From an uncultured Pseudomonadales bacterium (GTDB lineage Bacteria > Patescibacteriota > Microgenomatia > UBA1400 > CAYNFZ01), in NCBI GenBank assembly GCA_964398525.1, contig CAYNMS010000001.1:6569-70568 (forward strand): a DNA stretch of 64,000 nucleotides. Direction: 5' to 3'. A model generated the notes under the pieces. The model was not told the origin of the DNA and made no database searches. It saw nothing but the letters and a program-made list of their open reading frames with translations. Made by a program: the position numbers and the translations under genes. Of this stretch, positions 21,803 to 31,139 are shown one piece after another (within the stretch, counting starts at the first letter, position 1; each line of letters starts with the position of its first letter).

Positions 21803-22498
21803 CTACCAGACTAAAATGGTCGCCACCTCAGCACAACTCTTTCCTTCCTGCCCCTCCGTCGTCACCCACACGTTATAAATTCCTCTTTCATCTGCTTCCA
21901 CTCGATCTCCATTCCTCCATTCCTTTTCTCCCGTCGGACCAATCACTTTAATTCTCGTGTCGTCTGCAAATTGTCCCGTGCCGTCGTGAAACGACCCCAC
22001 TCTAAACTCCTCCCCCCTGTCTAATTCCAGGTATTGTCCCCAATCAGTTTGCTCATCAGGTTGCACTCTAGCCTGAGTACTCCCATATTTACACTCTGCT
22101 ATTTCACTCGGATACGCTTCTACTTCAACACTCGCCCACTCCATACAGTTATCCCCCCACTGTCCCTCCGTCGTCACCCAAATCCGATACGTCCCAGGTC
22201 TGTCAGCCCTAATTGTAGCTTCATTACTCGAGAAATCATGCACTCCTGGGCCCAATACAATTATCCTGGTGTCATTGGCAAACTGCCCTGTCCCATCATG
22301 AAACGAACCCACTCTAAAACTCTCACCTTGTCTAATCCTAATCTCCCTCTGCCAAGGCTGGCTAATGCTCTGCTGTACTCTTGCCTGAGTCGAGCTATAG
22401 TTACACCCCACCGCCCCTACTTCCGATCCCACACTCAAGCCTGCCAACAACAATCCAAGCACCAACCCCAAACTCAATATGCCTTTTATCTTCTTCAT
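21803..22498 (-). CDS. secreted protein built from two tandem ~100-aa repeats (beta-rich)
   Basis: ATG at 22498 has GGAAG 8 nt upstream and opens a signal peptide (MKKIKGILSLGLVLGLLLAGLSVGSEVGA). Two internal repeats share SSTQARVQ...FRVGSFHDGTGQFAxDTRI.V.GP...WVTTEGQ.G..C.E.A. Confidence 0.5.
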   Translation of the reverse strand: MKKIKGILSLGLVLGLLLAGLSVGSEVGAVGCNYSSTQARVQQSISQPWQREIRIRQGESFRVGSFHDGTGQFANDTRIIVLGPGVHDFSSNEATIRADRPGTYRIWVTTEGQWGDNCMEWASVEVEAYPSEIAECKYGSTQARVQPDEQTDWGQYLELDRGEEFRVGSFHDGTGQFADDTRIKVIGPTGEKEWRNGDRVEADERGIYNVWVTTEGQEGKSCAEVATILVW

Positions 22499-22565
22499 AC
22501 TAACTTCCTCTGCCCGCAAACTCTAACAAACAAACCACTACCCATCAAGCTTTTTTACCGTTTTC

Positions 22566-23396
22566 TTACCCAATTCTTGGCCTTTTATGTTCAATTATTT
22601 CGACTTCTTTTTCTTGGTAAACTATCGGATTACTTAGTTGTATTTTTCTTTCTTCATATCTTGATAATTGCACCTTCAAAGCCATTTCACTCAATTCTTG
22701 GTCATTAAACCTATTAGCTACACGCTCCTCTCCTTGAAGCACATAACCTAAAAACTGAGTCGCAATTGGGCTCATAGTTGCAATGCCAAAAATCTGTACT
22801 ATTGTCTGAAATGTACTTAAGTCTTGAGTAACAGTTATAGCCGAGAGCAGACCTGCCGCCACTCCTGCCAATCTATTCAATCTTTTTTTATAACGCAATA
22901 TTTCATTTAACTCCCTTTCGTTTTCACCTAGATGGGCTAGTTCATGTAACAAATTTCCAGAAATTCTTTGGTGCAATTTTTTAGTATCTACAAAATCATC
23001 TTGCACTACTCCCCTTAAAAGATTTGGTAAATTTACTCCTACCAATTTCATATCCTCCCGATCCGTACGTTGAGCAGCCGCTGCCTCTATCAAAAAAAAT
23101 TCATCCTTTAATCCTGACTCATTCATCCCCATGTTCTGACTTGCATAAGCACTCATGTCATTAAAACTCCCGAAAAAAACAATTTCGTTAATCTTTAACC
23201 TTAATTCTTGTGCTCTCTTGCTTTCTCCCATTTCCTCTAATCTATCCGCTGCCTCCAAAATCACAGCCTTTCTATCGATATCCAAATGAATCACCCATCC
23301 ATTGGCACACTTCACGCTGGCCTTTACTCTTTCCGGCATATCCCTAAATTCGCCCTCAATTACTACCCCATCATTGGAAACAATGCCATCTGCCAT
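22566..23396 (-). CDS. putative HExxH zinc metallopeptidase with hydrophobic C-terminal segments
   Basis: HELAHLGE motif (HExxH plus a downstream Glu). Start set at MADGIV (23396), which has GGGAG 6 nt upstream and abuts the mnmA stop; the track's longer ORF overlaps mnmA by 34 nt. Hydrophobic stretch AGVAAGLLSAITVT after the motif. Confidence 0.5.
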   Translation of the reverse strand: MADGIVSNDGVVIEGEFRDMPERVKASVKCANGWVIHLDIDRKAVILEAADRLEEMGESKRAQELRLKINEIVFFGSFNDMSAYASQNMGMNESGLKDEFFLIEAAAAQRTDREDMKLVGVNLPNLLRGVVQDDFVDTKKLHQRISGNLLHELAHLGENERELNEILRYKKRLNRLAGVAAGLLSAITVTQDLSTFQTIVQIFGIATMSPIATQFLGYVLQGEERVANRFNDQELSEMALKVQLSRYEERKIQLSNPIVYQEKEVEIIEHKRPRIG

Positions 23397-23398
23397 TC

Positions 23399-24544
23399 TT
23401 ACTCCCTTATTACTCCTCCCCCTATCATACACGCCCCACTGTCCTTCCCATCATAAAACACACAAGCCTGCCCCGGCGCCACTCCCCTCAATGGTTTCGG
23501 CGTCTGCACTTTTACGCTTCCCCTCTCTCTTGCCACATTCGCTTCCACCAACTCTCCCAAATTTCTTATCCTCACCCACACCTTCATGTTTGAAGCCAAT
23601 TCTTCTTCAGATACCAGCCAGTTCATCTCTTCCACTTCAAACTTATCTCTCTCCAATTCCACCTCCTCACCAATCATCAATTGGTTTTTCTCAACGTTCT
23701 TACCCACCACATATAGAGGCGGCAGTTCCCGAGGTTCCCAGTCAATCACCCCTCTTTCCTTAAGCTTCTTAATTCGTCTTTTATCCAATCCTTTACCCAC
23801 CCGTTGGCCAATCGTGTAAAACCACGCTCCCTCATGCTCACCCACTCTTTCTCTGGTACCACCAACATCTACCACCAATTCCCCCACTTTCTGTTCCAAT
23901 CTCTCCTTTAAAAAATCCCTCACGTTAATCTCTCCCATAAAACAAATCCCCTGGCTATCCGGTTTGCCCGCCGTCTCCAACCCGTACTCCTTTGCCCTTT
24001 CCCTAACCATTTCTTTAGTTTCTATCTCTCCAATTGGAAATAATATTTTTCCCAACTGTTCTGGCTTTAACTGATACAAAAAGTAGCTCTGGTCTTTTTG
24101 GGTGTCCCTTCCTCTCTGCAAGCAGTATTTACTCCCAACTTGTTTTATCCGTGCGTAGTGTCCCGTCGCCACATAATCAAACCTAGCCGGTTTACCCTGA
24201 GCTTGCCCAATAGCCCACTCATAAAACAAACCAAATTTAATTTCTCTATTACACACTGTGTCCGGATTCGGTGTTCTTCCCAATTCATACTCTCTATAAA
24301 AATAATCCACCACTTTCTTTTTATACTCATCTCGGAAATCCAACACCTTAAACGGTATTTCCAATTTCAAGGCTACTGCCAAAGCATCCTTACGATCCTC
24401 CTCCGCCCTACAACCAGGCGCCCTCCAACACTCCAAAAACACTCCGGTTACATCATAACCGGCCTCCACCAGCATTGCCGCCGCCACCGACGAATCCACC
24501 CCTCCCGACAACCCTACTGCCACTTTTTTTCTCCCCTGTGTCAT
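23399..24544 (-). CDS. mnmA: tRNA-specific 2-thiouridylase MnmA
   Basis: PP-loop VAVGLSGGVDSSVAA, conserved catalytic Cys residues, and the NREIKF and GHYAR motifs characteristic of MnmA/TrmU. Confidence 0.9.
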   Translation of the reverse strand: MTQGRKKVAVGLSGGVDSSVAAAMLVEAGYDVTGVFLECWRAPGCRAEEDRKDALAVALKLEIPFKVLDFRDEYKKKVVDYFYREYELGRTPNPDTVCNREIKFGLFYEWAIGQAQGKPARFDYVATGHYARIKQVGSKYCLQRGRDTQKDQSYFLYQLKPEQLGKILFPIGEIETKEMVRERAKEYGLETAGKPDSQGICFMGEINVRDFLKERLEQKVGELVVDVGGTRERVGEHEGAWFYTIGQRVGKGLDKRRIKKLKERGVIDWEPRELPPLYVVGKNVEKNQLMIGEEVELERDKFEVEEMNWLVSEEELASNMKVWVRIRNLGELVEANVARERGSVKVQTPKPLRGVAPGQACVFYDGKDSGACMIGGGVIRE

Positions 24545-24574
24545 CCTGCAATTTTATCAAACCACTTCTCCCAA

Positions 24575-25036
24575 CTATTCTGACTTTCCCTCTTCATGGG
24601 TCTTTTCACTCTTCCAGACATCGCGGCCTTTAGCCCGCTGACCTTCAATCTCATTTTCCGGATCATACATCACCACAAACTGTTTCAAATCCTTTCTTCC
24701 AATCAACATCGGCAAGTTCATGTGTGTCCTATCCACCACACTCGCCAATGAATTTACCTCAATCCCTCTCATCCAAAACTTTACCTTAATTACTTCCCTT
24801 ATCTGGTTTATTCCCAAAGAACTCCGGTAATGCCTTGTAAACACCACGTTTTCTTCCTTCAATAAACCCAATTTCTCAGCCAGACCCCGATCCAAACTCG
24901 TCCGATAAGCTCCTGTATCCACTTTCGCATCAACCAAATGTTTTTTATTGTTTGAGTCTTGTACTTGAACTTGCTCAAACACTCGCACCATTTTTCTTCG
25001 GTGTAACACTCGACTAAAAATATTTAAAACTTTCAT
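24575..25036 (-). CDS. stand-alone retropepsin-like aspartic peptidase domain protein (RimK-associated 'ATP-dependent zinc protease'/DUF785-like)
   Basis: DTG catalytic signature (KVDTGAYRTSLD). Clear paralogy to the C-terminal domain of the upstream ATP-grasp protein (VIDTGLYRTQIDKDLAAKLGLL vs VDTGAYRTSLDRGLAEKLGLL). 1-nt overlap with that gene. Confidence 0.55.
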   Translation of the reverse strand: MKVLNIFSRVLHRRKMVRVFEQVQVQDSNNKKHLVDAKVDTGAYRTSLDRGLAEKLGLLKEENVVFTRHYRSSLGINQIREVIKVKFWMRGIEVNSLASVVDRTHMNLPMLIGRKDLKQFVVMYDPENEIEGQRAKGRDVWKSEKTHEEGKSE

Positions 25037-26316
25037 TATTTCGTTACCTCCGGATTCACCAAAAACCCTTGCAGATCTAGCCTTCCCACCACCAACTTTA
25101 TTTTATTCTGACTTCTTGAAACTACCGATGCCGCCGACACCGTCTTCCTGCCGCGAATATAAAACACAATCTCCACTACTCTCTGCCTCCCTTTCTTGAG
25201 AGTCCTCTCCCAAAGTTCATGTTCTTCACCCAGTAGTCCTAGCTTTGCCGCCAAATCCTTATCAATTTGGGTCCGATACAAACCAGTATCTATCACCGCC
25301 ATCAGTTCGTGTCGCTTCTTTTCACTATCCAGTAAGGCTACCTCCTCCTGCGCTCCAATAATCGTTATTCCCTCATCCGCTTTCACCTTATCTGCAAAAC
25401 TCTCCGCAAACAGTGCTTTCCCCACTCTTACTCCATGATCCACATTCCTGACACGCAGTCCCTCCACTCTCTCCAGTCTCCACTTTAGCCCCGCATCATT
25501 AGCAATTTGGATTCCCAATCCCGGACTGGCATTTAATTCTACTACCATCGGGCCTTTATCATTGTGTAACAAAATATCCACTCCACAAAACATCAATCCA
25601 GTTGCCTCAGCCGCCGCCACCGCCGTTCTCAAAATTGACGACCACAAAGGAATTTTCAATCCATTAAGCTTCCTTCTTGTCTCCGGCACATACCTCACTC
25701 TGTTGCCGTGTTGAACTCCTTTTAAGGTTACTCCCGTCCCCACATCTATTCCCACTCCAATTGCTCCCTGATGCAAGTTAGCTCTACCTTCAGATTCCTT
25801 GGTCGGTAGTCTTAACATCGCCATTACCGGCACTCTATTAAATACCAACACTCGAATATCCGGCGTTCCACTGTAAACATACCGTTTAAACTTAGGGTGT
25901 CTCGGCACCCTTTCCTCTACAAAGGCTTGATGCCTCGTTCCAAAAGTACTGTACTGTCCTTCCAAAATATCACTAATATGCAGTTCCAAATCCTGTCGAC
26001 TCAAACGCTCTCCATCCACATCGAGCCAGCTTTCTTTCTCTGGCAACTTCTTTTTGATTATCAAAATACCCTTACCCGCACTCCCAGATGAAGGTTTTAT
26101 CACAAAACTCGTCTCTATTGTCTCAAAATCAAATCCTTTCACTTCTTCCATTGTTTCAAACAATCCATACAGTTTAGGCACCGATACTTGAGCCTGTTCT
26201 AACATTTCTTTGGTCATCAATTTAGAATTGGCTATGTCCACCGCTTTGTCTGCATTCAAAGACTTATACAATTTCTGTCTAGCATTTAGACCCAAAATAT
26301 CTGCCGGTTTGGCCAT
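25036..26316 (-). CDS. RimK-like ATP-grasp ligase fused to a C-terminal retropepsin-like (DTG) domain
   Basis: ATP-grasp motifs FVIKPSSGSAGKGILII, DIRVLVFNRV, RANLHQGA and GVDILLHNDKGPMVVELNASPGL closely parallel RimK (GVDLL...GPLVMEVNSSPGL). The extra C-terminal ~120 aa carry the DTG motif. Confidence 0.7.
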   Translation of the reverse strand: MAKPADILGLNARQKLYKSLNADKAVDIANSKLMTKEMLEQAQVSVPKLYGLFETMEEVKGFDFETIETSFVIKPSSGSAGKGILIIKKKLPEKESWLDVDGERLSRQDLELHISDILEGQYSTFGTRHQAFVEERVPRHPKFKRYVYSGTPDIRVLVFNRVPVMAMLRLPTKESEGRANLHQGAIGVGIDVGTGVTLKGVQHGNRVRYVPETRRKLNGLKIPLWSSILRTAVAAAEATGLMFCGVDILLHNDKGPMVVELNASPGLGIQIANDAGLKWRLERVEGLRVRNVDHGVRVGKALFAESFADKVKADEGITIIGAQEEVALLDSEKKRHELMAVIDTGLYRTQIDKDLAAKLGLLGEEHELWERTLKKGRQRVVEIVFYIRGRKTVSAASVVSRSQNKIKLVVGRLDLQGFLVNPEVTK

Positions 26317-26328
26317 ACCACCCTCATC

Positions 26329-27243
26329 TTAATCTAGTAAACTTCTAAATCGCCAATACTCCATTAATCTCAAACCGGAAAACTTCCCCAAAAAGATATT
26401 AAATATCGCCACTATCAAAAGCACCGCCTCAGTATTCAAAAGCACAAACAACTGCACCATTTCCAAATTCATCACAAAATAAGCCACCACCGCCAACAAC
26501 AAAGTTTCCAAAGTCATTTCAATCGCCTCATCCCTGCTTCTTCTGGATTGTACTTCCATAAATGTCTCAGCCAACAAAACCATCAATAAAATCGGAAAGA
26601 TCGACAGCTGCGTCAAGTCGTTTAAATTCAAGTACGGTGCCGCCACCAATAAAATCACTACCCATAAAGTCACTGCCCAAAGCAGCAATGACGTCCTGGG
26701 TAAATATGGTAGTTTCAAACCCCTGATTAGCATTCTAGCCAAGGTTGCCACCAGGATAATACTAAAAATTAAAATAAACCCCGTCGTAATTCCCGTTGCC
26801 AATAAACCAATAGACACAATCGCTGGCGTAAAAATTCCAAATCCTCGTAGTCCAATCAAGTGTCTAGACGCCGCAATCATCGCCGTCACGATTGGAAACA
26901 TCAACAAAAGTACAATCGTGTTTGCCGGCACTCCCGCCATTACTGCTGATCGAATCGACCATCGCAAAAAATTAGTTATCGAGAATTCCCCCACCGGATG
27001 TGTCAGAATAAACTGAGCTAACTTTCCCCTTGTTTCTCCTTGAGTCTCAGTCAAATCACTGCTTCTTTCGGTAATTCTCTTCACCACACCACTGGCTGTC
27101 GCCTCCATGGCCGCTTCTGTCGCCTCCTGAGCTTCTAGATCTGTATCAGGTGATGGCGAAATCACTACCCCTTGGGCATTTGCCTCCCCTACACTCCTAC
27201 CCAACAATCCCAACAAAAAGCCCACGATTATTAGTTTCTTCAT
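26329..27243 (-). CDS. membrane protein with signal peptide, ~60-aa acidic periplasmic segment and ~6-7 TM helices (RimK-associated?)
   Basis: MKKLIIVGFLLGLLGRSVGEANA signal peptide, then multiple hydrophobic helices. Sits immediately upstream of the ATP-grasp gene on the same strand. Confidence 0.45.
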   Translation of the reverse strand: MKKLIIVGFLLGLLGRSVGEANAQGVVISPSPDTDLEAQEATEAAMEATASGVVKRITERSSDLTETQGETRGKLAQFILTHPVGEFSITNFLRWSIRSAVMAGVPANTIVLLLMFPIVTAMIAASRHLIGLRGFGIFTPAIVSIGLLATGITTGFILIFSIILVATLARMLIRGLKLPYLPRTSLLLWAVTLWVVILLVAAPYLNLNDLTQLSIFPILLMVLLAETFMEVQSRRSRDEAIEMTLETLLLAVVAYFVMNLEMVQLFVLLNTEAVLLIVAIFNIFLGKFSGLRLMEYWRFRSLLD

Positions 27244-27281
27244 GGGCTTATTATATCAAGGCTAATTGCTTGAGTAATTAC

Positions 27282-28070
27282 TTAGTTTGTCAGTGCTTCG
27301 TCTAGAGCGGTCTGGAACACACTATATGGCTGAGCTCCAACTACCACTTTGCCATTTATGATGAAAGTAGGTGTTCCACTCGCCCCTACTTGGCTAGCCA
27401 ATGCCAAATCATCATCTACCGCCTGTTTGTATTTCTCTGAATCCAAACAACTTTCAAACTCACCCGAATCTAAACTAAGCTCTCGGGCATATCCAACAAA
27501 AACTTCAACCGGATCTCCATTGGACCATTCCTGCTGACCTTCAAAAAGTGCGTCATGCATTTCCCAATAAGCATCTTGATCTCCTGCACATCTGGCCGCC
27601 TGAGCCGCTGCATGTGCGTTACCATGAAAAGGCAAAGGTAAATCTCGAATCAAATATTTAATCTTGTCATTTTCCACGTAATCAGACTTAATCGAGGGCT
27701 CTGTTTGCTGAAAGTGCCTTTGACAAAAAGGACATTGGTAATCAGTAAACTCAACCAACACCACCTCAGAATCCTCATTTCCCCTCACGGCTGCCGGATT
27801 CTCCATCACTCTCTGCCACTGTTCTTCATTCAGTTCAGTTACTTGTTCTGGGGCCTGGGCCTGAGGCGCTGCCGCCTGCTGGTTGTTATTGGTTCCTTGA
27901 GCTACCACTCCACCTCTTAGCATCCTCAGTTGACCATAAAAGTAGCCCAAGAAAAAAGAGCTAACTACCAACGCCAACGTCAATACCCCCATCATTTTGC
28001 TCTGGGCTTCCATTCCTTTCCATGCGGTCACCAGCCCTTTCAAACCGCCTGATTTTTGTCTACTCGGCAT
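27282..28070 (-). CDS. DsbA-family thiol:disulfide oxidoreductase, membrane-anchored
   Basis: CPFC active site (FTDYQCPFCQRHF), the cis-Pro region GTPTFIING, and one N-terminal TM anchor. Confidence 0.8.
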   Translation of the reverse strand: MPSRQKSGGLKGLVTAWKGMEAQSKMMGVLTLALVVSSFFLGYFYGQLRMLRGGVVAQGTNNNQQAAAPQAQAPEQVTELNEEQWQRVMENPAAVRGNEDSEVVLVEFTDYQCPFCQRHFQQTEPSIKSDYVENDKIKYLIRDLPLPFHGNAHAAAQAARCAGDQDAYWEMHDALFEGQQEWSNGDPVEVFVGYARELSLDSGEFESCLDSEKYKQAVDDDLALASQVGASGTPTFIINGKVVVGAQPYSVFQTALDEALTN

Positions 28071-28131
28071 AATTGTCTCCTTCTTAAAAGTTAATACACC
28101 TTATCTTTTTTGCTAGTTTCCTGTCAACGGT

Positions 28132-29373
28132 TTATTTATTTCCTACCCGATATCTTCTTGCATCCAAAATCCTGCCCACTGCATAAATGTAAGCCGCTTC
28201 TCTAAAACTTACCTTCTCTGTTTCTTTTAGCCGGTTAACTTTATCAAATGCCGCATCCATTTTCTCTCTCAATTTATCAATTACTCTTTCTTTTTCCCAA
28301 TAATCCCCGCTATTATTTTGTACCCACTCAAAATACGACACCGTTACTCCTCCGGCATTAGCCAATATATCCGGTACTATTTCAATCCCCTTATCCAGCA
28401 AAACCCTTTCCGCCTCAGGTGTAGTCGGTCCGTTAGCCAGTTCCAATATCCACTTAGCCTTAACTTTATCAGTTCTCTCCAAATCTATCACTCCCTCCAT
28501 AGCCGCCGGCACCAACACATCCACCTCTTGCTCTAACACTTCCCCGCCCTCTCCCCACAAAACTCCTTCCATTCCCTCCAGACTTCCAGTTTCCCGTTTA
28601 AAATTAATCACCCTTTCCCAGTCCAAACTCTCTGTCGGTTTTGCTTTTACAGTCCCTTTTGAGTCACCCACAGCTACAATCTTATACCCCTTCTTCTGGG
28701 CATACTCCCCAAACCAATAACCCACATTTCCCAATCCCTGAATTGCAATAGTAGTTTCACTTGCCTTCCAACCCAAACTCTTAACCAAAGCCTCTAACAC
28801 AAAAAAGCCTCCCAGACCCGTGGCCTCCTCTCTTCCTTGAGATCCGCCCAGAACTACTGGTTTGCCGGTAAACACGCCGGGTTCTTTTCTGCCCACCAAA
28901 CTTTCATACTCATCCAGCATCCACGCCATCACCTGTGCATTAGTGTTCACGTCAGGTGCTGGTACATCCTTCCAGGCCCCCAGTCTCTCACCCAACATTC
29001 TCACGTAAGCTCTGGCTATCTCTTCCAATTCACTCATCGTCAATCTTTTCGGATTTATCGCCACCCCTCCCTTACCTCCACCCATAGGCAAATCCATCAC
29101 CGCACATTTCCAGCTCATCCACATCGACAAAGCTTTCACCTCATCCACACTTACATCTTGATGAAACCTGATTCCCCCTTTAAAAGGACCCAAAATACTA
29201 TTGTGTTGGGCTCGATAAGCTTTAATTTTTTTTCGCTGGCCAGCAATCACCACATCCAATTCTCCCTCAATTATTGCCTCATGTTCAGTTAAAGCTTTCC
29301 ATTCTTCATCACTCATCGCCACCCGTTCTCTCACTTGCGCCAATTGCTCCACTGCCGCTTGATACGGGTTCAT
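28132..29373 (-). CDS. gdh: Glu/Leu/Phe/Val-family dehydrogenase, most likely glutamate dehydrogenase
   Basis: Catalytic lysine region KGGIRFHQDVSVDEVKALSMWMSWKCAVMDLPMGGGKGG and Rossmann motif GLGNVGYW. Confidence 0.88.
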   Translation of the reverse strand: MNPYQAAVEQLAQVRERVAMSDEEWKALTEHEAIIEGELDVVIAGQRKKIKAYRAQHNSILGPFKGGIRFHQDVSVDEVKALSMWMSWKCAVMDLPMGGGKGGVAINPKRLTMSELEEIARAYVRMLGERLGAWKDVPAPDVNTNAQVMAWMLDEYESLVGRKEPGVFTGKPVVLGGSQGREEATGLGGFFVLEALVKSLGWKASETTIAIQGLGNVGYWFGEYAQKKGYKIVAVGDSKGTVKAKPTESLDWERVINFKRETGSLEGMEGVLWGEGGEVLEQEVDVLVPAAMEGVIDLERTDKVKAKWILELANGPTTPEAERVLLDKGIEIVPDILANAGGVTVSYFEWVQNNSGDYWEKERVIDKLREKMDAAFDKVNRLKETEKVSFREAAYIYAVGRILDARRYRVGNK

Positions 29374-29390
29374 TCTTCCTCCCTATAATT

Positions 29391-30452
29391 TTATTTTTTG
29401 GCTGCCAGCCATCTTTCAGCATCCAGTGCCGCTTGGCATCCCATAGCTGCCGCTGTTACTGCCTGTCGATATCTAAAGTCCACCACATCTCCTGCACCAA
29501 ACACACCCTCTACCGAAGTCATTGTGGGAAAGGCCACCAAACCTTGGTTTATATGTGTCTCTGCCAAACTCACCCCCATCTGGCTCAACCCCAATCGGGT
29601 TACCAAATATCCTTGTTGATCGATCTCTAAATCATCCCCAAATATTTGCGTCATTGGTTTATGTCCAATTGCCAAAAAGACTCCATCTGCTTCCAATTCC
29701 TCCACACCAGTCTCGCTTTCTAATCTAACCCCTTCCACCTTCGTCTCCCCCAAAACTTCAACCACTCTACTATTCCACTTTATTTTTACCTTAGCGTGGC
29801 TTTTAACTCTCTCGGCCATAATCTTACTTGCTCTCAATTCGTCTCTTCGCACCACCATCGTCACCTCCTCTGCAAACTTGGTCAGTGCCAGCGTGTCCTC
29901 CACCGCCGCATCCCCACCCCCAACCACAAACACCTTTTTGCCTCGGTAAAACGGCGCATCGCACACCGCGCAAGTCGCCACTCCTCTTCCAAAAAGTTTT
30001 CCCTCTCCTGGCACATCCAACATTTTGGCAAACGCCCCAGTGGCAATGATCAAACTTTCAGCTCCATATTCTGGCTCACTGGTCTTTACCTCCTCTACCA
30101 ATCGTTTCACCGTTTCCCTGTCACTCTTTGTCGCCCATTCCCCTTCCCCAGTGCTTGGCAACTTAGTCCACACTTTAAACGGTCTCTGCCTTAACTCTAC
30201 TGCACTCACATTTTTATCAATAATTTCCGCCCCAAACTTCTCAGCCTGAGCTCTCATTTGAGCCATCAACTCAGGCCCCATAATTCCATCCCGAACTCCT
30301 GGCCAATTCTCCACCAAAGTGGTATTCATCAGTTGTCCGCCAAAATTCTCCCCCGCAAAAACCAATGGCTTCAAATCCGCCCTGGCTGCATAAATTGCCG
30401 CCGTATACCCAGCCGGACCACTGCCAATAATAATTACTTTATGTTTTTCCAC
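29391..30452 (-). CDS. trxB: thioredoxin-disulfide reductase
   Basis: FAD motif IIGSGPAGYTAA, redox-active CAVCD, NADPH motif VVGGGDAAVE. It carries a ~35-aa C-terminal extension beyond typical TrxB length. Confidence 0.9.
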   Translation of the reverse strand: MEKHKVIIIGSGPAGYTAAIYAARADLKPLVFAGENFGGQLMNTTLVENWPGVRDGIMGPELMAQMRAQAEKFGAEIIDKNVSAVELRQRPFKVWTKLPSTGEGEWATKSDRETVKRLVEEVKTSEPEYGAESLIIATGAFAKMLDVPGEGKLFGRGVATCAVCDAPFYRGKKVFVVGGGDAAVEDTLALTKFAEEVTMVVRRDELRASKIMAERVKSHAKVKIKWNSRVVEVLGETKVEGVRLESETGVEELEADGVFLAIGHKPMTQIFGDDLEIDQQGYLVTRLGLSQMGVSLAETHINQGLVAFPTMTSVEGVFGAGDVVDFRYRQAVTAAAMGCQAALDAERWLAAKK

Positions 30453-30495
30453 TTAATTCCTTAACTACTTTTATTAATCAGAGTTAGCCTTATTT

Positions 30496-30816
30496 TTAGG
30501 CAGCCTGTTTCAGCAGTTCTTCATAGCCAGCTTTCCCACCAAAACCGATTTTTCTCTCCACTTCTTCCCCGTCTTTAAACAAAACCACCGTCGGAATGCT
30601 CATCACCCCATATTCACCTGCTATTCCCTGATTCTGATCTACATCGATTTTAATGATTTCATATTTTCCCTCACTATTATCCGCCAACTCATCCAAAACT
30701 GGTGCCGCCATTTTGCATGGTCCACACCAATCTGCATAAAAATCGACCAATACCGGCACTTTTGCTTTTAATACTTTCTCTTCAAATTCATCCTGGTTAA
30801 TGTGTGTTGCTCCCAT
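30496..30816 (-). CDS. trxA: thioredoxin
   Basis: WCGPCK active site, 106 aa. Confidence 0.9.
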   Translation of the reverse strand: MGATHINQDEFEEKVLKAKVPVLVDFYADWCGPCKMAAPVLDELADNSEGKYEIIKIDVDQNQGIAGEYGVMSIPTVVLFKDGEEVERKIGFGGKAGYEELLKQAA

Positions 30817-30846
30817 TATTTCTCCTTAAAAACTTAATAATGTTTT

Positions 30847-31122
30847 TTATCCTTGTTTAAATAAAGATTTCAAGATCTTATCAAAGTCTGCCAGTCTCTT
30901 CCTTGATTTAACGCATTCCTTCGCTTCATTGGTCAGCAAATCCCTTGCCACTCCGGACAAGGCGCTTCTAACTGCCATAATCTGCTGAGCAATTTCACCA
31001 CATTCCCGACCTTCTTCATACATTCGTCTCACCGCCGCAATTTGCCCTTCCGCTCGTTTCAATTTATTTAAAGTTTTGTCCATACGTTCACCAATAATAC
31101 TCCCCCCTAGTATACAAGTCAA
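30847..31122 (-). CDS. CsoR/RcnR/FrmR-family (DUF156) metal- or stress-sensing transcriptional repressor
   Basis: LNKLKRAEGQIAAVRRMYEEGREC...IMAVRSAL matches the DUF156 signature (L.RLKRIEGQVRGV.RM.E....C..........A.R.AL). Probable true start at MDKTLN (31083). Two Cys (C-x28-C) but no His at the His61 position of Cu-sensing CsoR. Confidence 0.6.
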   Translation of the reverse strand: MTCILGGSIIGERMDKTLNKLKRAEGQIAAVRRMYEEGRECGEIAQQIMAVRSALSGVARDLLTNEAKECVKSRKRLADFDKILKSLFKQG

Positions 31123-31139
31123 GCCTGTCTTTCATCTAC

